Shown here: positions 20,629 to 30,314 of the stretch, piece by piece
Numbering within the stretch: the stretch's first letter is position 1
Layout of the letters: each line of letters opens with the position of its first letter
NCBI GenBank assembly: GCA_034439715.1
Contig: JAWXAY010000052.1
Span: 1 to 58,404, forward strand
DNA: 58,404 bases
Reading direction: 5' to 3'
Source: Pseudomonadota bacterium
GTDB taxonomy: Bacteria > Bdellovibrionota > Bdellovibrionia > Bdellovibrionales > SG-bin7
The notes under the pieces: generated by a model
What the model saw: only the letters and a program-made list of their open reading frames with translations
Told to the model about the DNA's origin: nothing
The model's database searches: none
Translations under genes and position numbers: made by a program

Positions 20629-21671
20629 AATCGCTTTTGTTAGGGCCATTAGCTAAAGCTTTTTCGCTGGCAGTGGATGCACGCTACTGGTTGTATAAAA
20701 AAGAAATCCTTAATTCTCGGCAAGTCAGTGTGCCCGTTATTAGTGTGGGTAACATAACACTTGGTGGAACGGGAAAGACTCCGTTTGTAGACCTCATCGT
20801 TAAATATCTCACTGAGAAAAATAAGAATGTGGGATTGGTGAGTCGCGGGTATGGCGCTAAAGAAAAAAAGCGAGGTATCATCGATCAGAATCAAAAAAAC
20901 TATGGAAATTTGGCCAGTCAATTTGGTGATGAGCCGACTATGCTTCAGTGGAGGAATCCAACGCTTCATGTGGTTGTTAATCCAAATCGGTACAGGGCAT
21001 GCCAAGAGCTCATTAATAAAAAATCTGTAGAGATAATTGTCGCTGATGATGCTTTTCAACATCTCGCTCTTAAGAGAGACTTAGACCTAGTTTTATTAGA
21101 TGCAACTGAAAGCTATGAAAATTTTAAATTGCTACCACTGGGGCGAATGCGAGAAGGGTTCTCGTCACTTGAAAGGGCAAGTCTTGTTATTTTGAATAAA
21201 GCAAATTTAGTGAGCCTCGAGAAAGTTCAGAATTTAAGGGATTTGGTATTTTCTAAGTGCTCGTTTTTAAAAAATGAACCTAACCGCTGGCTAGAGGCCA
21301 ATTATGAATTTGAGGGATTTTTTCATCTCGAAACCGATAAACCATGGAGTGGGTCTTATAACGAAAAACTTCTTGTGCTCTCGGGTATTGCGAATAACCA
21401 AACATTTTTTAAGATGTGTCGGGATAAGTTTGGGAAGAGCGTGTATGGCGAAATGGGGTTTAGCGACCACTATGTTTACTCTAAAACTGATATGGCATTG
21501 ATTATGATTAGGGCAAAGGAGCTGGGGGCAGATAGGATCTTGATTACTGAAAAAGATGCCGTTAAGATTAGCCAATGGAAATCCGATATTTTCGTCTATA
21601 CAAAGCTGAAGGTGTCTTTGGTCGGAGACGGGCGAAAGCTTTATGACAAAATTGATCAGATTATTTCTTAA
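20625..21671 (+). CDS. lpxK: Tetraacyldisaccharide 4'-kinase
   Basis: SVGNITLGGTGKTP, SRGYG, GDEP, DDAFQH, PLGRMRE, TEKDAVK. Confidence 0.95.
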   Translation: MKSLLLGPLAKAFSLAVDARYWLYKKEILNSRQVSVPVISVGNITLGGTGKTPFVDLIVKYLTEKNKNVGLVSRGYGAKEKKRGIIDQNQKNYGNLASQFGDEPTMLQWRNPTLHVVVNPNRYRACQELINKKSVEIIVADDAFQHLALKRDLDLVLLDATESYENFKLLPLGRMREGFSSLERASLVILNKANLVSLEKVQNLRDLVFSKCSFLKNEPNRWLEANYEFEGFFHLETDKPWSGSYNEKLLVLSGIANNQTFFKMCRDKFGKSVYGEMGFSDHYVYSKTDMALIMIRAKELGADRILITEKDAVKISQWKSDIFVYTKLKVSLVGDGRKLYDKIDQIIS

Positions 21672-22530
21672 ACCCATTTTTCTATTGGTGTTTTTAATGC
21701 CGAGAGCGTTTCATAGACATCTCGGAAATTTTATTGGAATATTGTGGTTTGATATTTTACGAATTCGTCGTGGGCTCGTATTGGCGAATATTCGATTAGC
21801 CTATCCCGAATGGAACGATGACCGGATAGTAATGACGGCTAGACAAGCGATGTGTATTGTTGGTCGTGGCATTGTGGACGTAGTTCTCATACCCTTCATG
21901 AGTAAGTCTTGGGTTGAAAAGCATGTTGATTTTCGCGGAACTGAATATTATGAAGTTGCTCGTCAGAAGGCCCGACAAAGGGGTACTGGAGTGGGATTTT
22001 TGTCTCTGCATTTAGCCAGTGGGGATCTTGCGGTAGCCGCCATGTCAATAAGTGGTTTTCCGATTCATCTTATTACTAAGGAATTTAAAAGTGCCTGGCT
22101 CAATGATTTTTGGTTTTCAGCCAGAAAAAAACATGGAACTCGGTATATCTCGGATCGTAAGAGTAGTTTTGATATTTTAAAGGCGCTCAAAAAAAATGAA
22201 GTTGTCATTTTTGTCCTAGACCAATTTATGGGTCCACCCATCGGGACCGAAGTACTATTCTTTGGTCAGAAGACGGGCGCAGCGATGGGTTTAGCAGTTA
22301 TTGCTGATCGAGCCGAGTGTCCCATCTTACCTTGTTTTTCGTATTACGAAGAAAATGACAAGTTTGTAATTGAGCTTGGTCCAGAAATTCAATTTGATCG
22401 GGCGCTTGATAAAAATGAAATGATAAAAGGCATGACACAAAAGTATACTGATGTTCTTGAGGCCATTATTAAAAAGTACCCAGAGCAATGGATGTGGGTA
22501 CATCGTCGGTGGAAGGAATTTAAACACTAG
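21643..22530 (+). CDS. lpxL: Lipid A late acyltransferase (LpxL/HtrB family)
   Basis: H(x4)D motif HLASGD, DQ, FFG, PEQWMWVHRRWK. Confidence 0.85.
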   Translation: MTKLIRLFLKPIFLLVFLMPRAFHRHLGNFIGILWFDILRIRRGLVLANIRLAYPEWNDDRIVMTARQAMCIVGRGIVDVVLIPFMSKSWVEKHVDFRGTEYYEVARQKARQRGTGVGFLSLHLASGDLAVAAMSISGFPIHLITKEFKSAWLNDFWFSARKKHGTRYISDRKSSFDILKALKKNEVVIFVLDQFMGPPIGTEVLFFGQKTGAAMGLAVIADRAECPILPCFSYYEENDKFVIELGPEIQFDRALDKNEMIKGMTQKYTDVLEAIIKKYPEQWMWVHRRWKEFKH

Positions 22531-23540
22531 TGTATAAAAGAGCGCTCACTTTTTTAGGAATTTTGGTTGCTTTAGCAGGCTGTGCCCTTTTCAAAAAGGA
22601 TGGCGATATTCAAGCGCTAGCTCAAATTAAGGAATTTGATGCCGCATTAGCTATTAAGGAAGTACCAAATACACAGTCAGACCCCCAGCCACAGGTCAGC
22701 GTAGCGGCAACAAAGAAGCCAAAGCCTAAGCCAAAACCTGTCACAAAAAAAGCTTCTAGCGCACCTGCCACAGTTATCAAGAGAGAGCCTGAAATCGAAG
22801 ATTCAGCGGGCTTTGTCGGACGAAGGCCACTAAAGGATCCGTTTAGAGTCGGAGAAAAATCTGTGTTAGCAATAAGGTATTTGGGGCTTACCGCAGGGGA
22901 ACTATCTATAGAGGTAGGAAATTTCTTAGAGGTCAACAATCAAAAGGCTTATAATTTTTTATTGAACGTAAAATCTAATTCCTCGTTTAGCTATGTGTAT
23001 GAAGTTAAAGATTTAGTGCGGACTTTTGTGAGTTTTGAAACTCTATTGCCCCTCGGTTTTTCATTGCAAATTCGAGAAACGCGGGATCTCAAAGAATCTC
23101 GCAATGTGTTCGATTGGAAAACCTTAAAATCAAATACTTGGACAAAATTTATTTCGGATGGGGAAGTCAAAGAAGAAAAACAGGAGGGAAACTTACTTTC
23201 GTTTTCGCAAAATGTTTATAGTATCATGTTTTATTTACGAAACTTTGATTTAACCGTTGGAAAAAAACTAACTTTCAGAGTTTCTGACAAAGGCAAGAAC
23301 CTGTTATTCAAGGGTCGTGTTTTGCGTAAAGAAAAGCTGACGACCCCTGTTGGAGACTATGATACGGTAGTGGTTAAACCGGAGTTTGAAATGGATGGGA
23401 TATTCAAACCTGTTGGCGACATTTTTCTTTGGTTAACTGATGACGACAGAAAGTTCATTGTCAAAATAGAGAGTAAAATAAAAATTGGCACACTAGTTGG
23501 TGAGCTCAAAGAGCTTCAGCCTGGCGTACTTACACCCTAA
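22530..23540 (+). CDS. DUF3108-like lipoprotein
   Basis: LAGC lipobox; PFRVGE, TPVGDYDT, LWLTDDDRK pattern typical of DUF3108. Confidence 0.7.
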   Translation: MYKRALTFLGILVALAGCALFKKDGDIQALAQIKEFDAALAIKEVPNTQSDPQPQVSVAATKKPKPKPKPVTKKASSAPATVIKREPEIEDSAGFVGRRPLKDPFRVGEKSVLAIRYLGLTAGELSIEVGNFLEVNNQKAYNFLLNVKSNSSFSYVYEVKDLVRTFVSFETLLPLGFSLQIRETRDLKESRNVFDWKTLKSNTWTKFISDGEVKEEKQEGNLLSFSQNVYSIMFYLRNFDLTVGKKLTFRVSDKGKNLLFKGRVLRKEKLTTPVGDYDTVVVKPEFEMDGIFKPVGDIFLWLTDDDRKFIVKIESKIKIGTLVGELKELQPGVLTP

Positions 23541-23551
23541 GAATTAGTCCT

Positions 23552-24748
23552 TTGTCCTCTAGGAAACCCGACCCTCCGCTAAGTACAATAGAAGATATGG
23601 CGGTTACTTCGTGTCGGTATTTTACGGGTTATAAGCCTTGCGGGAAATCTGAAACCTGTGATCAGCTGTGTCCGAGTATTAGCATTCCCAGTATTCGATT
23701 GCTGGTAATTAGTCTAGAGGCAATGGGTTCGGTACTGCGCTCAACCGTAATCTTGCCAAGTTTGAAAAGAAAATATCCCAACTGCCATATCACTTGGCTC
23801 ACTAAGAAGCCATCTGATCGTATGATACATCCCAATCCCCTTATTGACCGTATCTTTACAACGAGTGCGGAAGATTTATTAAAACTTGAGGCACTCGAGT
23901 TTGATCTCACTTTTTGTCTTGAAAAATCTCTGGAGGCGGGTGGAATTTTAAATAAAGTAAAAACAGACTTAACCTACGGATTTATAATTGATAGAAGAAC
24001 GGGAGCGGTATTACCGGCGACTAAGTCGGCTAACGAACTCTGGGAAATCGGCATCAATGACCGAAAAAAGTTTTTTGAGAATACCAAGCCTGAAGCTCAG
24101 CTGTTGACCGAGGCCCTCGAGCTGGGGCCTTACAAAAGTCAATCATACTTCTGTCCTCTGACAGAAGGGGAGCAGTGTGAAAGCGAGAAGACGAGAGGGG
24201 CATGGATTCAGGGGTATAGTTTACTCGTAGGAATTAATACTGGCTGTAGTGATTTTATTAAATATCGACGATTTTCAATTGAGTTTCAAAGAAAGTTAAT
24301 AGCGGAAATCAAAAGAAAATATAATGCACAAGTGGTGCTACTTGGTGGGCCAGAGGAAACTCTGAAAAACCAACGAATTGGTTATGGACTCGATGTTATT
24401 GAGTCGCCTACTGACAGGGGCCCTAGAGCCGGTCTTGTTAGCACCAGGGCTTGTGATATCGTGATTAGCGGAGACAGTTTAGGCATGCATATGGCCATTG
24501 CAATGGAACGCTTTACTGTGGCGTGGTTCGGTCCTACTTGTGATCAAGAGATAGACTTGTTTGGACGTGGAGTCAAAATTCGATCTGAAGCAAGTTGTGG
24601 TCCCTGCTGGAAAAGGCTATGCCAGAAATCGACCATGTGCTACGATTTGGTCTCCATGGACAAAGTCTTGGACGGAATTAAAAAGGGTATAGAGTGGAAA
24701 GATTCAATCTCGTCATCCAGACAGCGTTTATCGGAGATCTCCTTCTAA
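23552..24748 (+). CDS. GT9 family glycosyltransferase (heptosyltransferase-like)
   Basis: MGSVL..T, SGDSLGMHMAIA, FGPT, CGPC..C; Cys-rich N-terminus. Confidence 0.85.
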   Translation: MSSRKPDPPLSTIEDMAVTSCRYFTGYKPCGKSETCDQLCPSISIPSIRLLVISLEAMGSVLRSTVILPSLKRKYPNCHITWLTKKPSDRMIHPNPLIDRIFTTSAEDLLKLEALEFDLTFCLEKSLEAGGILNKVKTDLTYGFIIDRRTGAVLPATKSANELWEIGINDRKKFFENTKPEAQLLTEALELGPYKSQSYFCPLTEGEQCESEKTRGAWIQGYSLLVGINTGCSDFIKYRRFSIEFQRKLIAEIKRKYNAQVVLLGGPEETLKNQRIGYGLDVIESPTDRGPRAGLVSTRACDIVISGDSLGMHMAIAMERFTVAWFGPTCDQEIDLFGRGVKIRSEASCGPCWKRLCQKSTMCYDLVSMDKVLDGIKKGIEWKDSISSSRQRLSEISF

Positions 24749-25680
24749 CAATTCCGTTATTAAAACATCTACGGCAAATTGATTCAAAAGCTCAAATTGT
24801 TTTACTTTGCAGGTACGGATTTGGCGATTTTTTTCTTCATCACAAACTTGTTGATCGAGTATTTGAAGTTAAAAAAGGAATAAGGAGCAACTGGCAAGAG
24901 GTTTCCCATCAGCTTTCGCAACTCAAATTTGAGAGGATCATTAGTCCGCATCAATCTTTCAGAACTGCGAGATTGGTTTTTAAACTAAATGCTAAAGAAA
25001 AAACTGGGTTTAAACGATTTTGGAATTTCTTGGCCTTCAATCAACGGGTTCGGTGGCGAAAGGATCTTCCGGAAGCCTTGAGACTACTTACGCTTATAAA
25101 AGATGTGAGGCCCAATCAAGATTATCTAAAAATGACGAATGAAATTCCGCAGGAATCGTCGCTGCAATTAGAGAGCGATGTCGGCTCACGAGAACCAATA
25201 GTATTTTTGGCGCCCGGAAGCGAGTGGGCAACCAAAAGATGGGGCATCGAAGGTTATACTCAGGTCGCTAAATATTTTTTAGATAAAGGTTTTGCTGTAA
25301 AAGTAATTGGAACACAGTCAGAAATCCATTTAGCTGAAATTATTTTAGCGAGCGCCAAGGGTTGCGAAAATCTTTGTGGTAAAACTACGTTGAGTGAGCT
25401 CTATGATCTTTTTAGAAAGGGAAAGTTATTGATTAGCAATGATAGTGGGGCAATGCACATGGCCGCTGTTGCTGGGCTACCTGTTTTAGCCATATTCGGA
25501 CCTACTGTTTTAAGTTTGGGTTACCGACCTTGGACTCCGAATGCATTAGTTGTCCAAAAAGAGCTTTCGTGTAGGCCCTGTGGCTTGCACGGATCCCAAA
25601 AATGTCCAATTGGGACTCATGAATGCATGAAGGGTATAGAGCCTAAAAAAGTAATTGATGCTGCACTTTCATTTTTATGA
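24694..25680 (+). CDS. GT9 family heptosyltransferase, WaaF-like
   Basis: QTAFIGD, APGSEWATKRW, SNDSGAMH, FGPT, CRPCGLHG. Confidence 0.88.
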   Translation: MERFNLVIQTAFIGDLLLTIPLLKHLRQIDSKAQIVLLCRYGFGDFFLHHKLVDRVFEVKKGIRSNWQEVSHQLSQLKFERIISPHQSFRTARLVFKLNAKEKTGFKRFWNFLAFNQRVRWRKDLPEALRLLTLIKDVRPNQDYLKMTNEIPQESSLQLESDVGSREPIVFLAPGSEWATKRWGIEGYTQVAKYFLDKGFAVKVIGTQSEIHLAEIILASAKGCENLCGKTTLSELYDLFRKGKLLISNDSGAMHMAAVAGLPVLAIFGPTVLSLGYRPWTPNALVVQKELSCRPCGLHGSQKCPIGTHECMKGIEPKKVIDAALSFL

Positions 25681-25692
25681 TAGTTTTCTAGA

Positions 25693-26643
25693 ATGAAGGT
25701 CTACCAAGGTATTCGGCATCTTAAAGAAAAATTAACTGGCGCGGTCGTTACGATTGGTAATTTTGACGGTGTTCATTTGGGACATCAGGCACTAGTTAAA
25801 AGAGTTTTAGAAAAATCTAATCAGATACGGGTAAAGTCAGTGGTCATGATTTTCGACCCTCACCCGATTACTTTTCTATACCCTGAGCGTCACTTTCAAC
25901 GAGTTTTTCCGATTTCGGATTTAATTGTAAGCATGGAAAATTTGGGCGTTGACGTATTGGTCGTTGAGCCTTTTTCACGCGAATTATCTGAACTTGATCC
26001 AGAGGCTTTTGTTCGCGAGTACATTGTGAAACCGTTTTCAGCTCGAGAGGTTGTCATTGGATACGATTTTGCCTTTGGTAAATCTCGCCAAGGGACGTCC
26101 GAATTTCTAAAATCCAAGGGTCGAGACTTTGGGTTTGAGGTTGAGGTATTTTCGCCTGTCAATGTGGCGGGCGTAGTAGTATCAAGTAGCGAAATAAGAA
26201 AAAACATTCTTTTGGGAAATATGAAAACCGTGAATTTACTTTTGGGCCGGTATTTTTATCTCGAGGGAATCGTAGAAAAGGGCGTGGGCCGGGGCCGAAC
26301 GTTAGGAATTCCCACTGCCAACCTCTCGCCAATTTGTGATATTTTTCCTAAGTATGGCGTTTATATTACGGATGTGGAACTTGAAGGAAAAAAATATAAG
26401 GCTGTGACAAACATAGGTGTTAATCCCACCTTTGTCGAGAAAAACGTAGGACATCCCAAAATTGAAACTCATATCCTTGATTATTCGGGCGACATTTATG
26501 GCAGAAGAATTCGCATCGAATTTAAGGAGTTTCTAAGAGATGAAAAAAAGTTTTCTAACCAAATGGAATTAGTAAAACAAATAGGTTTAGACATCAATCT
26601 CTCGAAAAAGTGGTTTGAGAGAGAGGGTGGTAATGATATTTAA
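25693..26643 (+). CDS. ribF: Bifunctional riboflavin kinase / FAD synthetase
   Basis: GNFDGVHLGH, SSSEIR, GRTLGIPTAN, NIGVNPT, ETHILD. Confidence 0.96.
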   Translation: MKVYQGIRHLKEKLTGAVVTIGNFDGVHLGHQALVKRVLEKSNQIRVKSVVMIFDPHPITFLYPERHFQRVFPISDLIVSMENLGVDVLVVEPFSRELSELDPEAFVREYIVKPFSAREVVIGYDFAFGKSRQGTSEFLKSKGRDFGFEVEVFSPVNVAGVVVSSSEIRKNILLGNMKTVNLLLGRYFYLEGIVEKGVGRGRTLGIPTANLSPICDIFPKYGVYITDVELEGKKYKAVTNIGVNPTFVEKNVGHPKIETHILDYSGDIYGRRIRIEFKEFLRDEKKFSNQMELVKQIGLDINLSKKWFEREGGNDI

Positions 26644-27460
26644 GTGGTCTGTAATTGGAAATCCTATAAGAAAAGAGCAGTATGAGAAGCTCTCTCGGTT
26701 TTTGGTTGAGAATCTTTCGATTCCCAATGAGCTCCAGCTTTTAGAGTCCAAAGAAGAAAATTTTATCCAAGATTTAAATTCTCAATTACAGGATTCTCAG
26801 GCTATCCGGTTTGACTTTCCATTTCCAAGATTGGCGTTTAGTAGTTTTGAGGAATTTCCTGCTGATCTAATGTTTTTGCGTGCGGCCGATTGCGCTGTCA
26901 ACCAAAAGGGCCGATGGTGGTTGAGGAGTTTGTTGACTGAAGCTATTCGACGCTTAATCGTACACAGTCAAATTAACTATGATCCCTCGGGAAAGGCAGT
27001 TGTAGTTGGGACGGGCGCCGGAGCTCGAGCCAGCATTATGGCTTTGGTCAAACTGGGAATAGGACATCTCAATGTTGTGAGCATTGATAAACCGGCCTTT
27101 GATATACTCGACAAAGACTTTAAAAGATTTTGCTTTAATGTGGACCTTAACTATATTCCACCAGAGAATATTAAGCTCTTAGGTAGAGAGCACTCAATCC
27201 TCATTAACTCCACACCTATAGGGCCTGAAAACAGTTTACTTGAAGACCTCACATTTTTTAATTACCTGACGGAAAAGGCCTTTGTTATCGACTTAAACTT
27301 TGATTCTGCCGACAGCACGCTGGTGAAGGAAGCTTTAGGTCTAGGTAAATATGTATTTACGGGACTTGATCTCTTGTTACACAAAGACCTTTATTGGTTA
27401 GAAGTCGCATTGGCCCAAAATGTCGAATTAAAAGTCTTTCAAGAGTTTTTAAAATCATAA
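26615..27460 (+). CDS. Degenerate shikimate-dehydrogenase-like protein
   Basis: VIGNPI, GTGAGARA, INSTPIG and GLDLL..K are retained; catalytic N-terminal motifs are not recognisable. Confidence 0.65.
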   Translation: MRERVVMIFKWSVIGNPIRKEQYEKLSRFLVENLSIPNELQLLESKEENFIQDLNSQLQDSQAIRFDFPFPRLAFSSFEEFPADLMFLRAADCAVNQKGRWWLRSLLTEAIRRLIVHSQINYDPSGKAVVVGTGAGARASIMALVKLGIGHLNVVSIDKPAFDILDKDFKRFCFNVDLNYIPPENIKLLGREHSILINSTPIGPENSLLEDLTFFNYLTEKAFVIDLNFDSADSTLVKEALGLGKYVFTGLDLLLHKDLYWLEVALAQNVELKVFQEFLKS

Positions 27461-27535
27461 TAAAAATGTTATTCCAGGACCTGCGTCCAGTTACAAAAAG
27501 TGTCACCTATGATTTAATTGATATTGGGAGACTCT

Positions 27536-29242
27536 ATGGGAAAACGGGGACTTGGCGATTTATTAGTTCGCGAAAAGCTATTATCGGCTGAGCAATTAGA
27601 GCGAGCTAAAAAAGAAATGGTAAGTTCTGGTAGCAAGCTAAGCGCCGCCATATCCAAACTTGGCTACGTTACGGATCGTAAAATTGCAGATTACGTTGCC
27701 CAGCAACACGGTTTGGTGGCGATTGATTTGGATCAATTTGAAATTGAGCCGGCAGTTTTAAAACTGGTTCCCAAGGACTTATGTTTAAAGCACACAATGC
27801 TGCCAATTAATCAGAGTTTAGGTACGCTGGTCGTAGCAGTGGCCGATCCGAGCAATATTTATATTCGTGATGACTTACGTTTTCTGACGTCGTCCAAAAT
27901 TGAAATGGTAGTGGCCTCTGAAAATTCGATATTAAATAATATATCTCGTTACTATGAGACTTCGGATTTTGGCTCCATGATCACTGAAATGGAGCAGACC
28001 GAAGAGGCTACTCAGGCTTCGCAATTTAGCGAGTCTGACAAAGTGGAGATCGCAAACGAAAGTGGCAAATCTGAAGACGCTCCTGTTATTAAGTTCGTAA
28101 ATATGATGATGACAGAGGCTTTTAAACAAAGAGCTTCGGATATTCATATTGAACCTTACGAGAAAAAGTTTCGAGTCAGATTTAGGATTGATGGTGTTCT
28201 CCACGAAAAAATTCAGCCTCCACAGGGGAGCGCCTCGGCCATTACCAGTCGTATTAAGGTTATGTCAAAGATGGATATCTCTGAGAAACGGCGTCCACTG
28301 GATGGACGACTAAAAGTAAAAACAAAAGCCGGAAAGGAACTTGAGTTTCGAGTAAGTTCACTGCCGACTTTGTATGGCGAAAAAATAGTGATGCGGATTA
28401 TAGACAAGTCTAAACTTAATGTGGGATTGGGTGAATTAGGTTTTGAGCCCGAAGACCTAAAAATATTAAGAGAGGCGATCCATATGACTAACGGTATGGT
28501 GCTGGTGACAGGGCCGACAGGTAGCGGCAAATCAATGACGATCTACAGCGCTCTTAACGAAATAAATACTCCCGATAAAAATATTTGTACCGCAGAAGAC
28601 CCAATAGAAATGAATTTAGAAGGAATAAATCAGGTGCAGATGCACTCTGAAATCGGACTTGATTTTTCTTCCGCACTCAGAAGTTTTTTACGGCAGGATC
28701 CCGATATTGTTTTTGTGGGTGAAATTCGAGATAAAGAAACCGCAGAAATTGGTTTCAAGGCTGCATCTACGGGCCACTTGGTGGTAAGTACCCTTCATAC
28801 AAATGATGCTCCTTCAACAATTGTACGATTAATGGATATGGGGGTTCCGCCATTTTTGGTAAATGCAACTGTGCATTTGGTTGTAGCCCAACGCCTCGTG
28901 GGAAAAATTTGCGGTAACTGTAAGAGCGCTGTCGATGTGCCTCGCCAAGTCCTCCTTGATTTGGGAGTCCCTGAAAGCGAAGTCGCTGGTTTTAAGGTCA
29001 TGAATGGCGGTGGCTGTGTCAATTGCAATTTTACAGGAATTCGTGGGAGGCTGGCCGTTCACGAGATGATGCGGCTTACACCATTGGTAAAGGACGCAAT
29101 TATGTCGGGTGCAACTGGTCGTGAAATTCGAAAAGTGGCTGTCGAAGATGGGATGAGTAGCTTAAGAAAGAATGCGCTGAAAAAGCTAAGTGCCGGTTTG
29201 ACGACAATCGAAGAGGTATTAAGCGCTACAATGAAGGATTGA
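27536..29242 (+). CDS. pilB: Type IV pilus assembly ATPase
   Basis: ASDIHIEP, GPTGSGKS, AEDPIE, LRQDPD, GHLVVSTLHTN, CxxC...CxxC; ATG 27536 after GGGAG. Confidence 0.95.
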   Translation: MGKRGLGDLLVREKLLSAEQLERAKKEMVSSGSKLSAAISKLGYVTDRKIADYVAQQHGLVAIDLDQFEIEPAVLKLVPKDLCLKHTMLPINQSLGTLVVAVADPSNIYIRDDLRFLTSSKIEMVVASENSILNNISRYYETSDFGSMITEMEQTEEATQASQFSESDKVEIANESGKSEDAPVIKFVNMMMTEAFKQRASDIHIEPYEKKFRVRFRIDGVLHEKIQPPQGSASAITSRIKVMSKMDISEKRRPLDGRLKVKTKAGKELEFRVSSLPTLYGEKIVMRIIDKSKLNVGLGELGFEPEDLKILREAIHMTNGMVLVTGPTGSGKSMTIYSALNEINTPDKNICTAEDPIEMNLEGINQVQMHSEIGLDFSSALRSFLRQDPDIVFVGEIRDKETAEIGFKAASTGHLVVSTLHTNDAPSTIVRLMDMGVPPFLVNATVHLVVAQRLVGKICGNCKSAVDVPRQVLLDLGVPESEVAGFKVMNGGGCVNCNFTGIRGRLAVHEMMRLTPLVKDAIMSGATGREIRKVAVEDGMSSLRKNALKKLSAGLTTIEEVLSATMKD

Positions 29243-29243
29243 A

Positions 29244-30311
29244 ATGATTACTTTAACTCAACTTTTAAAAACGACAGTTCAGCAGGAGGCTTCAGATCTT
29301 CATATTACAGCCTTCTCTCCGCCCGTACTGCGAATTAATGGTGCGATCGTTAAGGTCAGGGCAGAGAAATTTAGTCCCGAGGAATGTCAGAGCCTCCTTT
29401 ATTCAGTTTTGACAGAAGGCCAAAAGAGTCGTATCGAACAAACAAAAGAATTAGATTTTAGTTTTTCAGTAAAGGACGTCGCCCGATTTCGCGGAAACTT
29501 ATTTTTTCAGAGAGGATTTTTGTCAGGAGTATTTCGAAAGATACCAACGCTTGTCCCCTCACTTGAAGACTTGGGGCTTCCAAAAGGATTAGAGTCATTC
29601 GTAAATTTTCCTTCGGGTTTAGTATTAGTGACAGGTACAACGGGAAGTGGAAAGTCAACGACAGTAGCCGCACTTTTAGATCGCATCAATAACGAAAGAG
29701 CCGGTCATATAGTAACCGTTGAGGACCCGATTGAATTTTTGTTTAGCCACAAAAAGTGTATAGTGAACCAACGGGAAATTGATCAGGACACCTTCTCTTT
29801 TGCAAAATCGTTGAGACAAGTTTTGAGACAGGATCCTGACTATGTATTTGTGGGAGAATTAAGGGATCAAGAAACTATCGAAGCGGCCCTGAGAATTGCT
29901 GAAACCGGCCATTTGGTATTTTCGACCTTGCACACCAATTCCGCCGTCCAGACCATCTCAAGAGTCATAAATGTGTTTCCGGCTCAAGATCAAGAGCGAG
30001 TTCGCTCAATGTTGAGCTTCACATTACGGGGAGTCATTAGCCAAAGTTTAATTCCGAATACCACGGGAGGAAGAACTCCTGCCGCTGAATTATTGTTTGT
30101 GAATTCCGGAATTGCTAATTTAATTCGCGAGAATAAAATTCATCAGATATACGGATTGATGCAGATCGGTCAAGATAAGTCAGGAATGATGACGTTCAAT
30201 CAATGTTTAGTGCAACTGTTAGTTCGCCGAAAAATTGAGCTAAAATCAGCATTCGAAGTTACTCGCGATCCTGACGAGTTAGATCAATTGTTAAAAAAGG
30301 CAGGAGTATAA
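29244..30311 (+). CDS. pilT: Type IV pilus retraction ATPase
   Basis: ASDLH, GTTGSGKST, EDPIE, LRQDPD, AETGHLVFSTLHT, IANLIRE. Confidence 0.92.
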   Translation: MITLTQLLKTTVQQEASDLHITAFSPPVLRINGAIVKVRAEKFSPEECQSLLYSVLTEGQKSRIEQTKELDFSFSVKDVARFRGNLFFQRGFLSGVFRKIPTLVPSLEDLGLPKGLESFVNFPSGLVLVTGTTGSGKSTTVAALLDRINNERAGHIVTVEDPIEFLFSHKKCIVNQREIDQDTFSFAKSLRQVLRQDPDYVFVGELRDQETIEAALRIAETGHLVFSTLHTNSAVQTISRVINVFPAQDQERVRSMLSFTLRGVISQSLIPNTTGGRTPAAELLFVNSGIANLIRENKIHQIYGLMQIGQDKSGMMTFNQCLVQLLVRRKIELKSAFEVTRDPDELDQLLKKAGV

Positions 30312-30314
30312 ACT

